In this document: positions 12,701 through 23,679 of the stretch, in pieces
Layout of the letters: the number at the start of each line of letters is the position of its first letter
Numbering within the stretch: the first letter of the stretch is position 1
Assembly (NCBI GenBank): GCA_036172245.1
Contig: JAYWIR010000010.1
Coordinates: 2,852,001 to 2,916,000, forward strand
Length of the DNA: 64,000 nt
Direction: 5' to 3'
Source of the DNA: Raillietiella orientalis
Lineage: Eukaryota
Notes under the pieces: generated by a model
Database searches by the model: none
What the model saw: the letters and a program-made list of their open reading frames with translations, nothing else
What the model was told of the DNA's origin: nothing
Position numbers and translations under genes: made by a program

Positions 12701-13600
12701 ATCTACAAAAAGTCCTGGATCGATCTTGGAACGACGGGAAACGCCGCTCTCGCTCCGAGTTCTTGGAGCTATTGCGAGCTCGCGTTCCTGTATCCAAGCT
12801 GCGTCCGAGACCTGGGAGCAGATGAAGGACGGGCCGACTCGGTGAGAGGGCTCCGGAAGACGAATGCAACCAGGAGTCCGGCAGCACTCATGCTCGATCT
12901 GCTCCAGTATCCCTCTTTTATCCGAAACAACCTGCCGGCTGCTTGTGTTCTGGAGCCCAGGAGGTCATGCGAGTAGAAGGCGCAGCTGCAAAAGCAGAAG
13001 CCCCGTGGGACCCAGTGTGTCCAGCCGGGTTGCTGTCCTGAAGCCGGCTGGTGGTGACTCGGGGTCGCCCTTGCGTAGTGGTGCGCCATGGAAACGGAGT
13101 GACGAAGTACAACCTGTACTGTGTGAAAACTGGAACGCAGCAAACCAGACTGCGTATCCGTGCAGAGAACACCGACCTCAGAGCCATAGCCTGAGGGAAA
13201 GTTCAGTCTTGTTTTCGGGTACCCCCCTTGAAAACCCCCTTTTTTCTGCATCGGGATAAATCTATCAAATCGGAACTCCCGAGTCCTGGAAGAGCGCTGC
13301 CACAGAAAACCCCGGGAGGGTTTCGGATAGCTGCGGATGCGTGGACCGCCCGGAAGCTTTGCAGGCTAGTGGCCGAGCTCCGAAACGCTAGCCGCCTGAA
13401 GGCGAAGAGATGGCTACTCTCATAGAGGAGGGAAGAGGGGAGCCTCATGAAGAGCAGCCCGAAATCTGGGAGCAGCGAGCGGGATCAGGGTGGGAGATGG
13501 AAGCCAACTCCCCAGTGGGTGGTCGGGCAGGAGGTCTTCTCGAAGGGAGGGAAGCCCGGATCCGTGCAGGAGTGTCCATCCTCATGAGGAAAGGAAAATC

Positions 13601-14475
13601 TAGCTGTGCAAGACCTTTCTGGTTTCTGGCCGGGCACATGCGTCGCGGGTTCGAATACTCCTGCAAAAGTTGACGCCACTGCGTCGTTGGGTTCCGAGTT
13701 TCTCCTGCAATGGCGCTGGTTGGCCTAATCATTCGGGCGTGGCACCGTTGGTGGATTAAGCCGGAGGCCTCCGATGAAGACCGGAACAATGGGAGTCGAC
13801 CTTCGGGTCCTTCCAGGAATCAAGGAGTGGGGAGTTCCCCCTCCTGTCGTGCAACGGAGAGCGGGCCCCCCACCGGGGGACCCCTCCGGTTTCAAGATGG
13901 AGCAGGAGCCCTCACGGGCACCTCTCCAGTTGTTTAAAGGAGAGGACTCCCTCTGTTGCGGGGGGGACCCTCCGAGCCGCCGCCTCTCCAGAAGAGTGCA
14001 AGGAAGCAAGAGAGAGCGATCCCCCTGCGGGAAGCTGCAGCGCCCCTTCTGAATTTCGGAAACGTCCCTTCGGGGTTCTCTTCAGAGGAGTGAACAGGAG
14101 CGGTTCCCCTGAGGTTCCCTCCGGAGAAGAAATTCCTACTAGAGGATCCTTTCCATTTCCCTTCGAAGAAGAAAAAATAGAGCAGACCGCCCTCCGGACG
14201 GTCCCTCCGGAGAGAATGAGAAAGGAAATTCCCTTTGGAATTCCCCTTCGGAGACAACCAGGGTGGGAGGTGCGATCCCTCCCCTCCCCAAACGTGAGAG
14301 GAACGGACTCAGAATCTTTCTGGATTCATAGGGAGGACCCACTTCCGGGGTGCCCCCCCTGTCTTGAAGAACACGCACCCTCCGCGGGTGGCGTGGAACA
14401 GTGTTAAAGAGCCACGTGCGCCGCGAGGCACGCGACCGGCTCTTGAGGTACTTAGCGAACCAAAAAAAAAGAAAA
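13601..14475 (+). mobile_element. tRNA-derived long SINE-like element, copy B
   Basis: B-box-like GTCGCGGGTTCGAATAC at 13642-13658. The body is highly similar to copy C. A-rich tail at 14462-14475. Confidence 0.8.
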
Positions 14476-17255
14476 CCTTTCTGGTTGAGAATGCGTGCCC
14501 TTCGGCGAACGAGTACGACCAGAGCAGAAGGAGAGGGAGATGGGACGACTGGTAGGGAATGGTGGTCACCTTCTCAGCAGCCGTTCGGGTGCGACAAGAC
14601 ACCCAGGACCATAGCCTGGAGGGCCCTCGTAACCTCCCTCTCAGGACTGGGCAACCGACTGCAAAGCCTCGTGGAACATCTGACTTAGTATTCAAGGAGG
14701 TCGTCGCCCCGAGGTCCCCTTCTTCGAGGCGGGAACCAGAGGGTCCCCTCCTGATCCGCTTGGAAGCAGCAGACAGCGCCGCATCGGAAGTCTGTGTGGT
14801 CATATGGGGCGGTTGCCGCGGGCGCAGGGTCCCCCAGCCTGCCCAGTAGGTGGAGCAGAACGCGGAGGGGGAGGCAGCTTTTCAGAGAGGCCTCTGGCGC
14901 AGCTACTGTGTCGCTTCTTGACCCTAAGCATGCGCTCGATCATCCTGCCTTCGCTTCCCGGACCTGAGCGTTGGCCTCTCCAGCACTCCCACACCGAGAA
15001 CCTCCGCCTCTCTGAAGGGGAACTGGAAGCTACCGGGAGACTCCCTATTGCTAATGGGGGGGGGGAGAGAGAGACCCACCAGGAGCGACTCTGTCCAGGA
15101 GGCAACTTGTCGCCGCTCCCCAATGCCGCCTTCGCGCTGCCACCCCCCTCTCCCTAATTGGGAGGGAGCGAGAATTTGGGAAGCTGCATCTTGACAGGAG
15201 GGTGTCCCGTCTCTTCTAAGGATGTGGCTAAAAAACGTCCCGGAACGAGGTCATCGAACAAGCCACTCGTCCGGAAAAGGCTCTCGCGAAACTTTCACGG
15301 TCAAGGTCGAGTGGCATGCTCCCGGGGGATCCCCTCCAAGGTCGAGCCATGCCGCGCTCCGTTCAACTGCCTCCCGGAAAACCGGAGAGGTCGGCGGACT
15401 TCAGGCGAGAAGCGCAGGCTCTGGGAGGAAGCTCCGCTGGCTGAGGATCCCAGAGTCCCTTAGCTGAACTTCATCCTTCGCAGCTGCCTCTGGACCAATG
15501 GAGGTCAAAAAGAATCGGACCAATGGGTCACCGGGGCAGCAGGGAGTGTTCCTCCGGCGTCAGTTTCTCGGCTGGCGTCCAAGGGAGGGCAGGATGTGGG
15601 ACAGCAGCATTCCGGGAAACACGGAAGAGGTTCAGTTCAGCACCACTTTCCTCCCATGAAGGTCGCCCTCCGTAGGTCGCCCACTGCTGAGCTGGTTCTT
15701 GATCTGAGGAAGCAGGAGGCAAGGGGTCCCGGGGTACACCCCCCGGTTCCTCCGGGCAGTCCAACCACAGCTCTCCTCCTTCTGAAGAACCGTTCCTGCC
15801 TGTGTTTCCCGGGTCCGGAGGATCAAGGAAGTGGGAGAAGACAGGGAGACTCTTGCGCACCTCTTGGGAATAATTCAGGATACGACTTCTTCACGATCCC
15901 CTTCTTCCATCTCGCGTCCCTTGCTGCTGTAAAGCTCGCCTCGTGTGGTCAGGAGCAGCGTGAACTGCAGTCGACAGCGCCGGCAGTCTCCCCGTCCACA
16001 CGTCACGCAGCAGTGGAAGCAGAGACGAGGGTGAGCCGGAGGACGGTGAAGGGGGACGGCGGGTATCCCTTGAAGCTTTTTCGGAGTCGAGGACCACTTT
16101 TAACCTTCCTACGGTGCCAACGGAATCCCTGGAAAAGGGAAGAAGGAAGGGAAGGATTGTTTACCACCTCAAAAACGCCCTCAGGGGCTGCACCCTCCCT
16201 CTCCGCCACCGGAGGAGAGTCTCCCGATCCCTTCTCCCCCTCTGTAGGTGACCCTTGCTTCTCTCCTGCCTCTTCTTGCCCTTCCCTTTGGTTCTTACGC
16301 TCCTTTATCTTGGATCTAGAGATGGAAAACCCCCCTGTCTCGGAGGAAAACCCTGCCTATTCGGGCTCCACTTTCCCGGAGTATCTGCTCCCCCCTACTG
16401 TCCTCCATACCGCCTTACCCCGATGGAGGGAAGAAGTCACCGTCTCCGGGTCTGACTCGCGTTTTTGCATCCCAGATCCGCTGCAAGAGGACAAGAGAGT
16501 TCCTCCTCTCCCTGGTTGCCGGTTCTCCTCCTGAAGGGAGAGGGAGAGCGGGACGAAAGAATGAGCGGTCGGAGGAACTGAGGTTCATCTGTTTCAAGGT
16601 GGTGGATGGCGCCCGCGCCCGTCTGGGAAGAGAAGAGGAGCGAAAGATGGAAGACGCTCAGCCACTACAGCAACGCGTACTCGCGCGTCCAGAGATCATC
16701 GCGGAGCTTCGGGGTCCGCCCACAGCTCGCGGCATGCACATCGGTCAGCTGGAGGACAAAGGTCATTCGTGCTCTCGTGTTCCGGAAGGAAGCTTGTTTC
16801 TCCCTTCCCTTCGTTCTCTCTTCGGGAGGGAAAACGAAGGGGAAAAAAGAGGGTCCGTCATGGTGGCCTGTTCCCCGCCCCGTTGGAATCCTACCACCGT
16901 TGCCTGCTTCAGGACGGCCTCTGGAAAGTCTCCAGGGGTATCAGGCGGGCGCACACCGCCTGCGCAGCCGGGAGCTTCTCTCACCAGGTCCAATGCTATT
17001 TTTCCCACAGGTACCTCCCCCCATTCTCTCTTCCCCCTTTTCCGCTGCCGCGTGGCTCCTCCCGGAAGGGTTCGTGCAGGTGTTAGGCGGCCCCGCTTGC
17101 CTGCATCGATGTCATGGGCGAGGAGGGCGGGGTCATGTGCGTCCCCCCTAGATGGGATGGTGGTGGTCGCACCCCTCTGTTCGACCTCGAGGCACCCGTG
17201 CGTTCCCTCCCTCCCGCGGACTCCGTCCCTCCCTTCCGGTAGTCTCGCCAAAGGA

Positions 17256-17263
17256 TGACGTCA
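17256..17263. promoter_or_regulatory. Palindromic TGACGTCA (CREB/ATF-type site)
   Basis: Perfect octamer, within GATGACGTCACGA, identical to the 13-mer at 18768-18780. Confidence 0.3.
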
Positions 17264-18517
17264 CGACGGAAGAGCAGCGCATTCGCCTCTGAGCCCTCTG
17301 GTTCTCCGGAAGGACGTGCGAGGGATGGGGGTGAGAGGAGGAGCCACTCTTGTCAGAAAGACAAAGAAGCTGGGGAAGGGGGGTGGAGGGGGGAACCTGG
17401 AGATCCCCCTGAGGAGGAGGCCTCTGGGTCATGGTCTGCGGTCTGTACGAGCGCGAGCTCTCCGGGCTCACGAATCGCGCTTACGGTCGCTCCTCTCCCC
17501 GTTCGCTCCATGCCGTTGGTCGCTTGGCAACGGCGCAGAGAGGGGAAGATATTTCCACTCTCTCCCCTGAACACGAGAGGACGGGCGTCCGCGCAGGCGC
17601 GCGGTCTCTCGGCCTCGAACGCTCTGGCAGCAGCTGCGCGGCGGAGAGGGCGTGGGGCGCCTGCCCCAAGGCTTCTCCAAGGACGGCGCGCGCCTCTCCG
17701 CTGCAGGCAGTGAGGTCGGCAGAGATGGAGTTCCCCTGGCTCCCCGGACCAGGGAACAGGGGCGGCCCTCGATCCCTCCAGGACTCGCTGGCTCTAAGGG
17801 CGCCCCCGTCCGTTCCCACCCGCGCGGCTACTGACCGTCCGCCGACGGCTGGGGGGTTCAGCCGAAGGCACCCCTGCAAAAGACGCACACCCGAGTGAGA
17901 GCGGTCCAGGCGTAGGACGCCCTCATCCAGCGAGCTCCGAGGATGCACTCAGACGGATCGCTGGCCGGATCGCCAGCGTGCGGTGGTCGGACTTTCTGCA
18001 GGAAACCTCGACCGTTCCGAGCGCCTTCGAGGAAGACCTATGCGGGCCCACCGGTGGGTGTTGTAGGGGGGGGCAAGGGCACGGCGAAGGGCCTGATCTC
18101 CGAGGCGGGATCTCGCATCGGTGCGCCCGAGCGCCAGGAGTGTCGCCCGCTCGTCTGCCTTCCTCCCCACCTCGGGTCACAGCATCCTCCCCCTCAGCCT
18201 CTTCGGAAGACACCATTCTCCCTTTGAGAGACCGGCGTCCAGGTCGTATCTTTCCATATTTCCAAGAGGTCTTCGCTTCCTGGGAGACGCACGGGCTCTT
18301 GGTCGGTATCCCTGCTGGTGTTTCTTGGGGCAGCCGCGTTCGCTGCCCAAGTCCGCTGCTCTCCCACAGGGGATGCGAGCGGGAGGGGAGCCGCTGTCCC
18401 GTCTGCGTTCCCTGATCCCCCCTCGCTCCAGCGGCAGGGAGGAGAGGGTCGAAATTCTCTTCTCCCAAGGCAAGCCGTTTTCAGGGCACGGTAGGAAGAA
18501 GGAGGATCTGTTCTCAC

Positions 18518-18547
18518 CCGCATTCCGGGAGTCGTTCCGGCCGCCAT
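18518..18547 (-). CDS. Candidate first exon (MAAGTTPGMR) of an unidentified gene divergent from the snakeskin-like gene
   Basis: CAAGATGGCGGCC start context (YY1/Kozak-type), 10 codons, then a GTGAGA donor. Further exon-like segments with pyrimidine-rich CAG acceptors occur near 17996, 17701, 16748, 16622 and 16480. Confidence 0.35.
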
Positions 18548-18769
18548 CTTGCGTAGGCGCGAATCCCTCCTTCCCTCCTCCGTCACGCGCTCCGCCCGAC
18601 GATGACGACATTCCCATCGAGAGTGCTCCTCCCCTCCCTCTCTCGCTTTCTTTTTTCTCCTTCCCTCCCTCCGTCCGAAGCTGGGATCGGAGTACCCGCG
18701 GGTCCAATCCGATCGGTTTCCGTTAATTGGGAGAGGAGCGGCTAATTTTAGAGCGGGGGAGGGGGGAGA

Positions 18770-18777
18770 TGACGTCA
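18770..18777. promoter_or_regulatory. Palindromic TGACGTCA (CREB/ATF-type site) in a putative bidirectional promoter
   Basis: Perfect octamer about 65 bp upstream of the snakeskin-like ATG, next to G-rich tracts. Confidence 0.45.
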
Positions 18778-18841
18778 CGAACGTGTAAGAAAAGCGCCGC
18801 CGCGAGACGCAATCGGACGTTGTGCGGGCTGCTTGCTGGCG

Positions 18842-18901
18842 ATGGCTGCCAAGATGGGCGAGCGCTTGAACTGCAGGCTGTTCTTCAAGATCCTGGAGCT
18901 G
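18842..18901 (+). CDS. Snakeskin/MARVEL-like four-TM protein, exon 1 (MAAKMGERLNCRLFFKILEL)
   Basis: ATG plus 20 codons ending in the family-typical 'KILEL', followed by a GTAAGG donor (phase 0). Confidence 0.85.
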
Positions 18902-18997
18902 GTAAGGAGGGATCGCATCGGAATCGCGAAGGGGGGAGGGTTGTTTTCACCTACGTTCCTTCTTCCATCTTCCCGTCCGGTTCGTAAGAATTCGGGC

Positions 18998-19061
18998 TGC
19001 CGTCTGGCATGACCAGCAGGAGTCGAGGGAGGGTAGTCCCTGGGGGAGGGAGAGGGTGACC
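18998..19061 (+). repeat. 64-bp direct repeat, copy 1 (intron 1)
   Basis: Matches 21021-21084 with 3 mismatches. Confidence 0.9.
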
Positions 19062-19505
19062 CTTTCCTGATGCTCGCGCATGCGCCTGCGCTCTTGGGTC
19101 GCATGCAAGCGCCTCACGAAACAGCTGCAACCCTGCACTCTTGAGCACCGTTAGATACGGCATCTTTCCGGAGGATCCTGGAGCCTGTGTACCCGTGGCT
19201 ATGGAGGCTCACGAGGGCTACACATTTTGGGGCGTGGCCATTTCGACGTTCTTCAGGGGCAGAGAGGCGTCGCTTCTTGCTCCTGGTGCCTGTCGCCCTT
19301 CCATACCTTTCGCGTGAGCGCTCATCGATTCTCCTGTCAGGCGCTTTGCACGCAGTCCCCCCCCCCCCTTCCATCTTGCCCGCCGGTGCTTCCCGTGCTC
19401 TGCTCCCGCGCACCTGCTCCCGTGATGCGGAAAGAGGACGGTCGGTACTTCTCCGGTCGTGTGTTCTTGTAGGCTTCTCCCCACTTCCTTCCTCCTCCAT
19501 TCCAG

Positions 19506-19688
19506 GGCATCGCTATAACCTGCATAGCACTCATAAGGGATTACGATTTAGAAGCTGGGAGTGCGAGGGTCTCGGGCCATCTAGACCGGCACCTCTTTAG
19601 CATCATCATCGTTGGCGGCTTCATCATCTGCACTGCCCTGCTGATCGTCGGCATGAGCTCCGATCCGACGATAGGGACTTCCAACATG
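19506..19688 (+). CDS. Snakeskin/MARVEL-like protein, exon 2 (GIAITCIALIRDYDLEAGSARVSGHLDRHLFSIIIVGGFIICTALLIVGMSSDPTIGTSNM)
   Basis: Polypyrimidine-TTCCAG acceptor, 61 open codons with hydrophobic helices, GTACGG donor. Phase 0/0. Confidence 0.88.
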
Positions 19689-19762
19689 GTACGGACATCT
19701 CTACCCCTTCTGCCTATCTCCCCCATCTTGCACGGGGGAGACAAACTGTGCCTCCCTTGCAG

Positions 19763-19879
19763 ACCGTCCTGTTTTGCCTGGTGGGAGCTGCCGGTTTCAT
19801 CACTGCCGGTGCCTTCTTCATCGAGAGCTACCAGAACGCGTCGCATTCGAAGACGAGAGACGCCGGGCTCTCAACAGGG
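19763..19879 (+). CDS. Snakeskin/MARVEL-like protein, exon 3 (TVLFCLVGAAGFITAGAFFIESYQNASHSKTRDAGLSTG)
   Basis: TTGCAG acceptor, 39 codons, GTGAGT donor. Contains TM3 and 'RDAGLxxG', like the RQVGIAMG segment of Ssk. Confidence 0.9.
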
Positions 19880-21020
19880 GTGAGTGGGCGCAGGTTGAGG
19901 AGGATCACGAGGAAGAGGGAAAGCAAGGAGGGGAAGGGAGAAAAGAGAGGGAAGGGGAAGAGGAGGGAAGGATGAAGAAGCAGAAAAAGGCCTCTGCCAG
20001 CTGTCATGCGTCCGGAGGGGGGGGGAGCGCTGGCGTCCGTTCCGGAAGTTTCCTCGAACGCATTTCGTCGCGTCACCGGTCGCGATTCCCGTCCTTTTCT
20101 CTTCTGATGCGTGCAGTCCGCCTCCTGATGGCTGGACCTCGATTTCCACCCGATTCGAAGAATCTTCTTCGGCGTCTGCGCGCAGCAGAGGCGGAGTAGG
20201 CGTGAAGGAGGTCTTCTGCGCTCTCCTGCGAGGCCAGGGTTTGCTCAGACTCCCTGCTCACCCGCCCACGATGCTTGACTTCGCACTTCTGTCACCCCGA
20301 AGCCTTGGGGTTTGAAGATTGTATGCTGCTGTCCCTGCTTGTCGTCAAGTGCGACGGATACCTGTGCCGTCTTCCCATCCATCCAGCCCCACACGACACT
20401 CCTGTAGTCTGGAAGGCGCGAATTTCCTCAGATGAGAAGCAGCTAGAGAGTCCCCCCCCCCCAAAGTCTTGGGAGGAGACGCCTTGCTTTGTTTCCGACT
20501 TCTGTGCTCAACCCACCTTGACCTAGCCTGCACTGCCAGCCTGGTTGCCACGAAACCTTTCCACCTCCCCCGGCTTCTTGTGGTGTGTGCTGAGGGTCGT
20601 CGGACGAAAGACGGGAAAGGTGGAAACTGCGCAATGAGACGTTCGGGAGTGTAGTTGCGGGAAGCGGCCCACTGCGCTTTCTCTTTCAGAAGAAGACCTC
20701 GCCCCAGAGGCTATCTCGCCGCTCGGACTCTTAGCAGTCCCATTAATAAGTACCAACCTACAGGTGGAGGTCATCGAGGGCCAATATTTGCAAGGCGACT
20801 TCTCATCGGAAGGTTGCAAATCTCCGCTCTGCCTCTTCGCGACGGTCACCTTTCTCTGATCACAGTCCCATCGTTTGGTTTGCTGCGTGATCGTAGACGC
20901 TGGGTTACTCGATGGCGTCCCTTGGTCCGTTGCTCAGTGGCTGGACGGACAGTTCCAATTTCTTTCGCGAGCTTTCTGGCGCTCTCTTAGTTTGCTTCGG
21001 TTGCAGTCCCTCGACACATG

Positions 21021-21084
21021 TGCCGTCTGGCATGACCAGCAGGAGTCGAGGGAGGGCAGTACCTGGGGGAGGGGGAGGGTGACC
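21021..21084 (+). repeat. 64-bp direct repeat, copy 2 (intron 3)
   Basis: Matches 18998-19061 with 3 mismatches. Confidence 0.9.
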
Positions 21085-21329
21085 GGTTACTCTCCTGTTT
21101 TGCAGCTCCCAGTCTGCAGGAGTGCGCCCGTTTTCCCTTGTCTTCCTGGAAGGGTCTCTTCCATGAGCTTGTTTCTCACTCGTATCTTCGGCGAAATGCT
21201 TCTGGATCTCCACTCCGCGGGCTCACCCTCGGTTTCTTCCATTGCCCACCCTTTCGGCGGCGAACCATGGGCAGGGGGGAAGATTCGTGACTTGGAGTGG
21301 GCGCAGCGTGAGTTCTGAGCAACGTTCCT

Positions 21330-21800
21330 TGGGTGCATTTGGCAATGCAGTATGCTTGGGGGGCTCCTCTTGTACAAGAGGAAGCGAGGAACTTGTGGAA
21401 GTCTTGGCGGAGTGGCGTCGCTGCCTCCTCCGCCCAGATGATGCGGAGGAGTCGAGTGCGGTCGATCCCGCAACGGATTTCGTTTCCGCCTGTCCAGAGA
21501 GCGCGCGATGCGGTTGCCATGTGCCTTCCTACCCTCAGGTTGACACCCGCGGGACTGCTTACCTGCCGGCTCGCCGCTTTCGTCCATCTCGGTTCTTCGC
21601 GCGTGTCCTTACTCCGAATCTGCCCAGCATTCCTGAGCGCTTTTGGCCTTTTGCGCAGCAGCAGATTGGCGCGCCTCGCACCATTTCCATGGAAGAGCGG
21701 CTTCCCCTTCAACCCTCTGCTCCCTCCCCCCGCCGCTCTCCTAGGTTTTCCTCGGGGGAAGACGCCGAGCACGAAACCCCGAAAGGACAATCGAATTTTC
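21330..21800 (-). mobile_element. DIRS-type tyrosine recombinase C-terminal relic (intronic)
   Basis: PAGVNLRVGRHMATASRAL...IIWAEEAATPLRQDFHKF resembles AGI..HSTR..ATS.A...W...TFxKFY. Confidence 0.35.
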
Positions 21801-22064
21801 ACAACCTCAGTTGTAGCAGGTGACCTTGGAGCACCTCTTAGCCTTGAAGCAGTTCCTCTCTCTGGCATTCCGTCTTTTGTTTGGCGCCCGATGCCATGTT
21901 CCGCGTCACTTTTACTACGGCGTGCTATAATTATTCACAATCGCTCCGAATTTTTCCGTCGTTCTTCATCCTTAATGGAAGGCCAATCAGGAATTCGCGA
22001 GAGATTCATCCGATAGAGGGACGGCGACGTTCCATAACAAAGGCTTGGGCGCTGCATCGAGTCC

Positions 22065-22410
22065 GAGCGTGCGCGTGCGCACGCGACCGACGCACGTACA
22101 CTTGTGTGTACCAGCACGCAAACACACAAACACCAATACGTGTAATGGTACACAAACGCGCACACACGCATACAGATGCACACATACGTATGCGTACGCA
22201 CACGTATGTACACATATGCGGGTACGTTAGATGACACTGCATGAGCAAATACATGCACGCGTACAAATACGTGTACCACAAAAACGGACATAAACCACAG
22301 ATGCATACACGTGATGACGCGTGAACATACACTAATGGAAAAGCACACTCGTGCCGGGGTGCACGTCTTTACATTTTCATATTCCGACGCAAACACACGT
22401 GTGTGTTTCC
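22065..22410. repeat. Degenerate alternating purine/pyrimidine (CA/TA/CG) low-complexity tract
   Basis: For example cacacgcatacagatgcacacatacgtatgcgtacgcacacgtatgtacacatatgc. Confidence 0.85.
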
Positions 22411-22439
22411 AGTGAATTTTTGGTGCAAGTGTTCCCACG

Positions 22440-23300
22440 AAAGCGTCATTTTGGGGGAACACGCGGCGTGCAGGGTGAGTCTCTTCGGCAGGGATGCGCG
22501 TCCTCGGCTGCCCAGGGTTTGATTCGTTTCCTGAGGGCACTCCAGGGATCAAGTCGAACGCCCAGGACTCTATGGTGGCGCCCGTTTTCCACGTGGGGGT
22601 GGCCGCGTGCCACCTCGAGCTCTGAAGGCTCGCCACACATGCACACGCGAGCGCACGGACGGCAGCGGGCTTGGTTAGGCAGGGTTCCCGCTCTCTTCAA
22701 TCGGGAGATGATGATGCCGAGGGATGGAGAGACCGGAAGCGGCAGCTGCCAGGCATCGTCGTCGCCCATCCCAGCAGCCCTAGCAACAGTTGCTGCTGGT
22801 GGAGTAGCGAACGAGGGAGTCGCGCATCCTGGATGTCGCCTCCCTCTCACAGGGACGGGTCGGGCAGGGGTCATTAACTTCTCCGGAGTTCCAACAGCTC
22901 CGCGAAAACGCTATTAATATCCCGGGACTCCCCAAGCGGGTGCTGCAAGAGAGCTCCTTGTCCTCCTTAGTGGGCTCGCGGACGCCCTGCTTCGTCGTTT
23001 CGTTAGGAAGCGCTGTTTCCACGCGGGGGCGCGAGGATGGGTCACTCGGCACCGCCGGCATCCCGCACGACCGGAAGTCTCTCCTTTCGGCTGCAAGCAA
23101 AGCGTGAAGACGCAAAGCGTCAAGCCGCTCATTCAAGGGAACTTCCCGCCTGCCTCCCGGTGACCGAATCTGCTCGCGCTGCAGCCGCCGCCTGGCAACG
23201 CGCGCACTCCGATCTTCTTTCGGTAGAGGGCCGAATCGCCGACGGCACACCGCTGCGGGAAAAGATCCTCCCCCCAGGATTGCCCAATCGGCTCTTCGCC
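22440..23300 (-). mobile_element. CRE-like non-LTR retrotransposon 3' relic (CCHC knuckle plus RLE)
   Basis: DAWQLPLPVSPSLG...CMCGEPSE...GRHHRV resembles GAWLxALP..LG...CxCG..GR..RH. PTWKTG..WAFD resembles PWxxG..LxWD. Confidence 0.55.
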
Positions 23301-23613
23301 ATCGGTCAGGACTAAGGGCTAGCGAACGGCTCGGTTGGCTCTGGTCCTTTCCCCTCCCTCGGTTAGAAGGCGTGCTCGAACCCGCGCGAGATCACAGAAC
23401 GCATTTTCTCTCCAGCTTTTGCGATCGCGTCGTCGCCGGAGGGGGCCGAGGATGAGCTCTCAGAAGGCCGTCCAGCCTTCCCTTCTGGGAGAGCTACCGA
23501 CGTTCCTTGGGAAGACTGGGCAGGAAGGTTCCCTCGGAGGGAATGGGAAGGCATCTTCTCCCCCCTTCCCCTCCCCCGGTTCGCAAGGACCCTCATGATG
23601 CCTTCTGTTGCAG

Positions 23614-23679
23614 GCCCTTTGCGTGATCAACGGCGCCCTCTTCCTCTTGGACGCCGTCTTAATCTTCCGGGCGAGGTGA
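23614..23679 (+). CDS. Snakeskin/MARVEL-like protein, exon 4 (ALCVINGALFLLDAVLIFRAR*)
   Basis: TTGCAG acceptor. 'G|ALCVINGALFLLD' closely resembles the recalled Drosophila Ssk TM4 'GSLCVIEGALYLLD'. TGA stop; total product 141 aa. Confidence 0.9.
   Translation, partial: ALCVINGALFLLDAVLIFRAR

Noticed and set aside
15596..16534. Longest ORF (312 aa) as a real single-exon gene
   Set aside because: No recognisable domain. Long overlapping ORFs are expected by chance in this GC-rich DNA.
21935..22636. ORFs rich in CV/HT dipeptides
   Set aside because: Translation artefacts of the CA/TG low-complexity tract.
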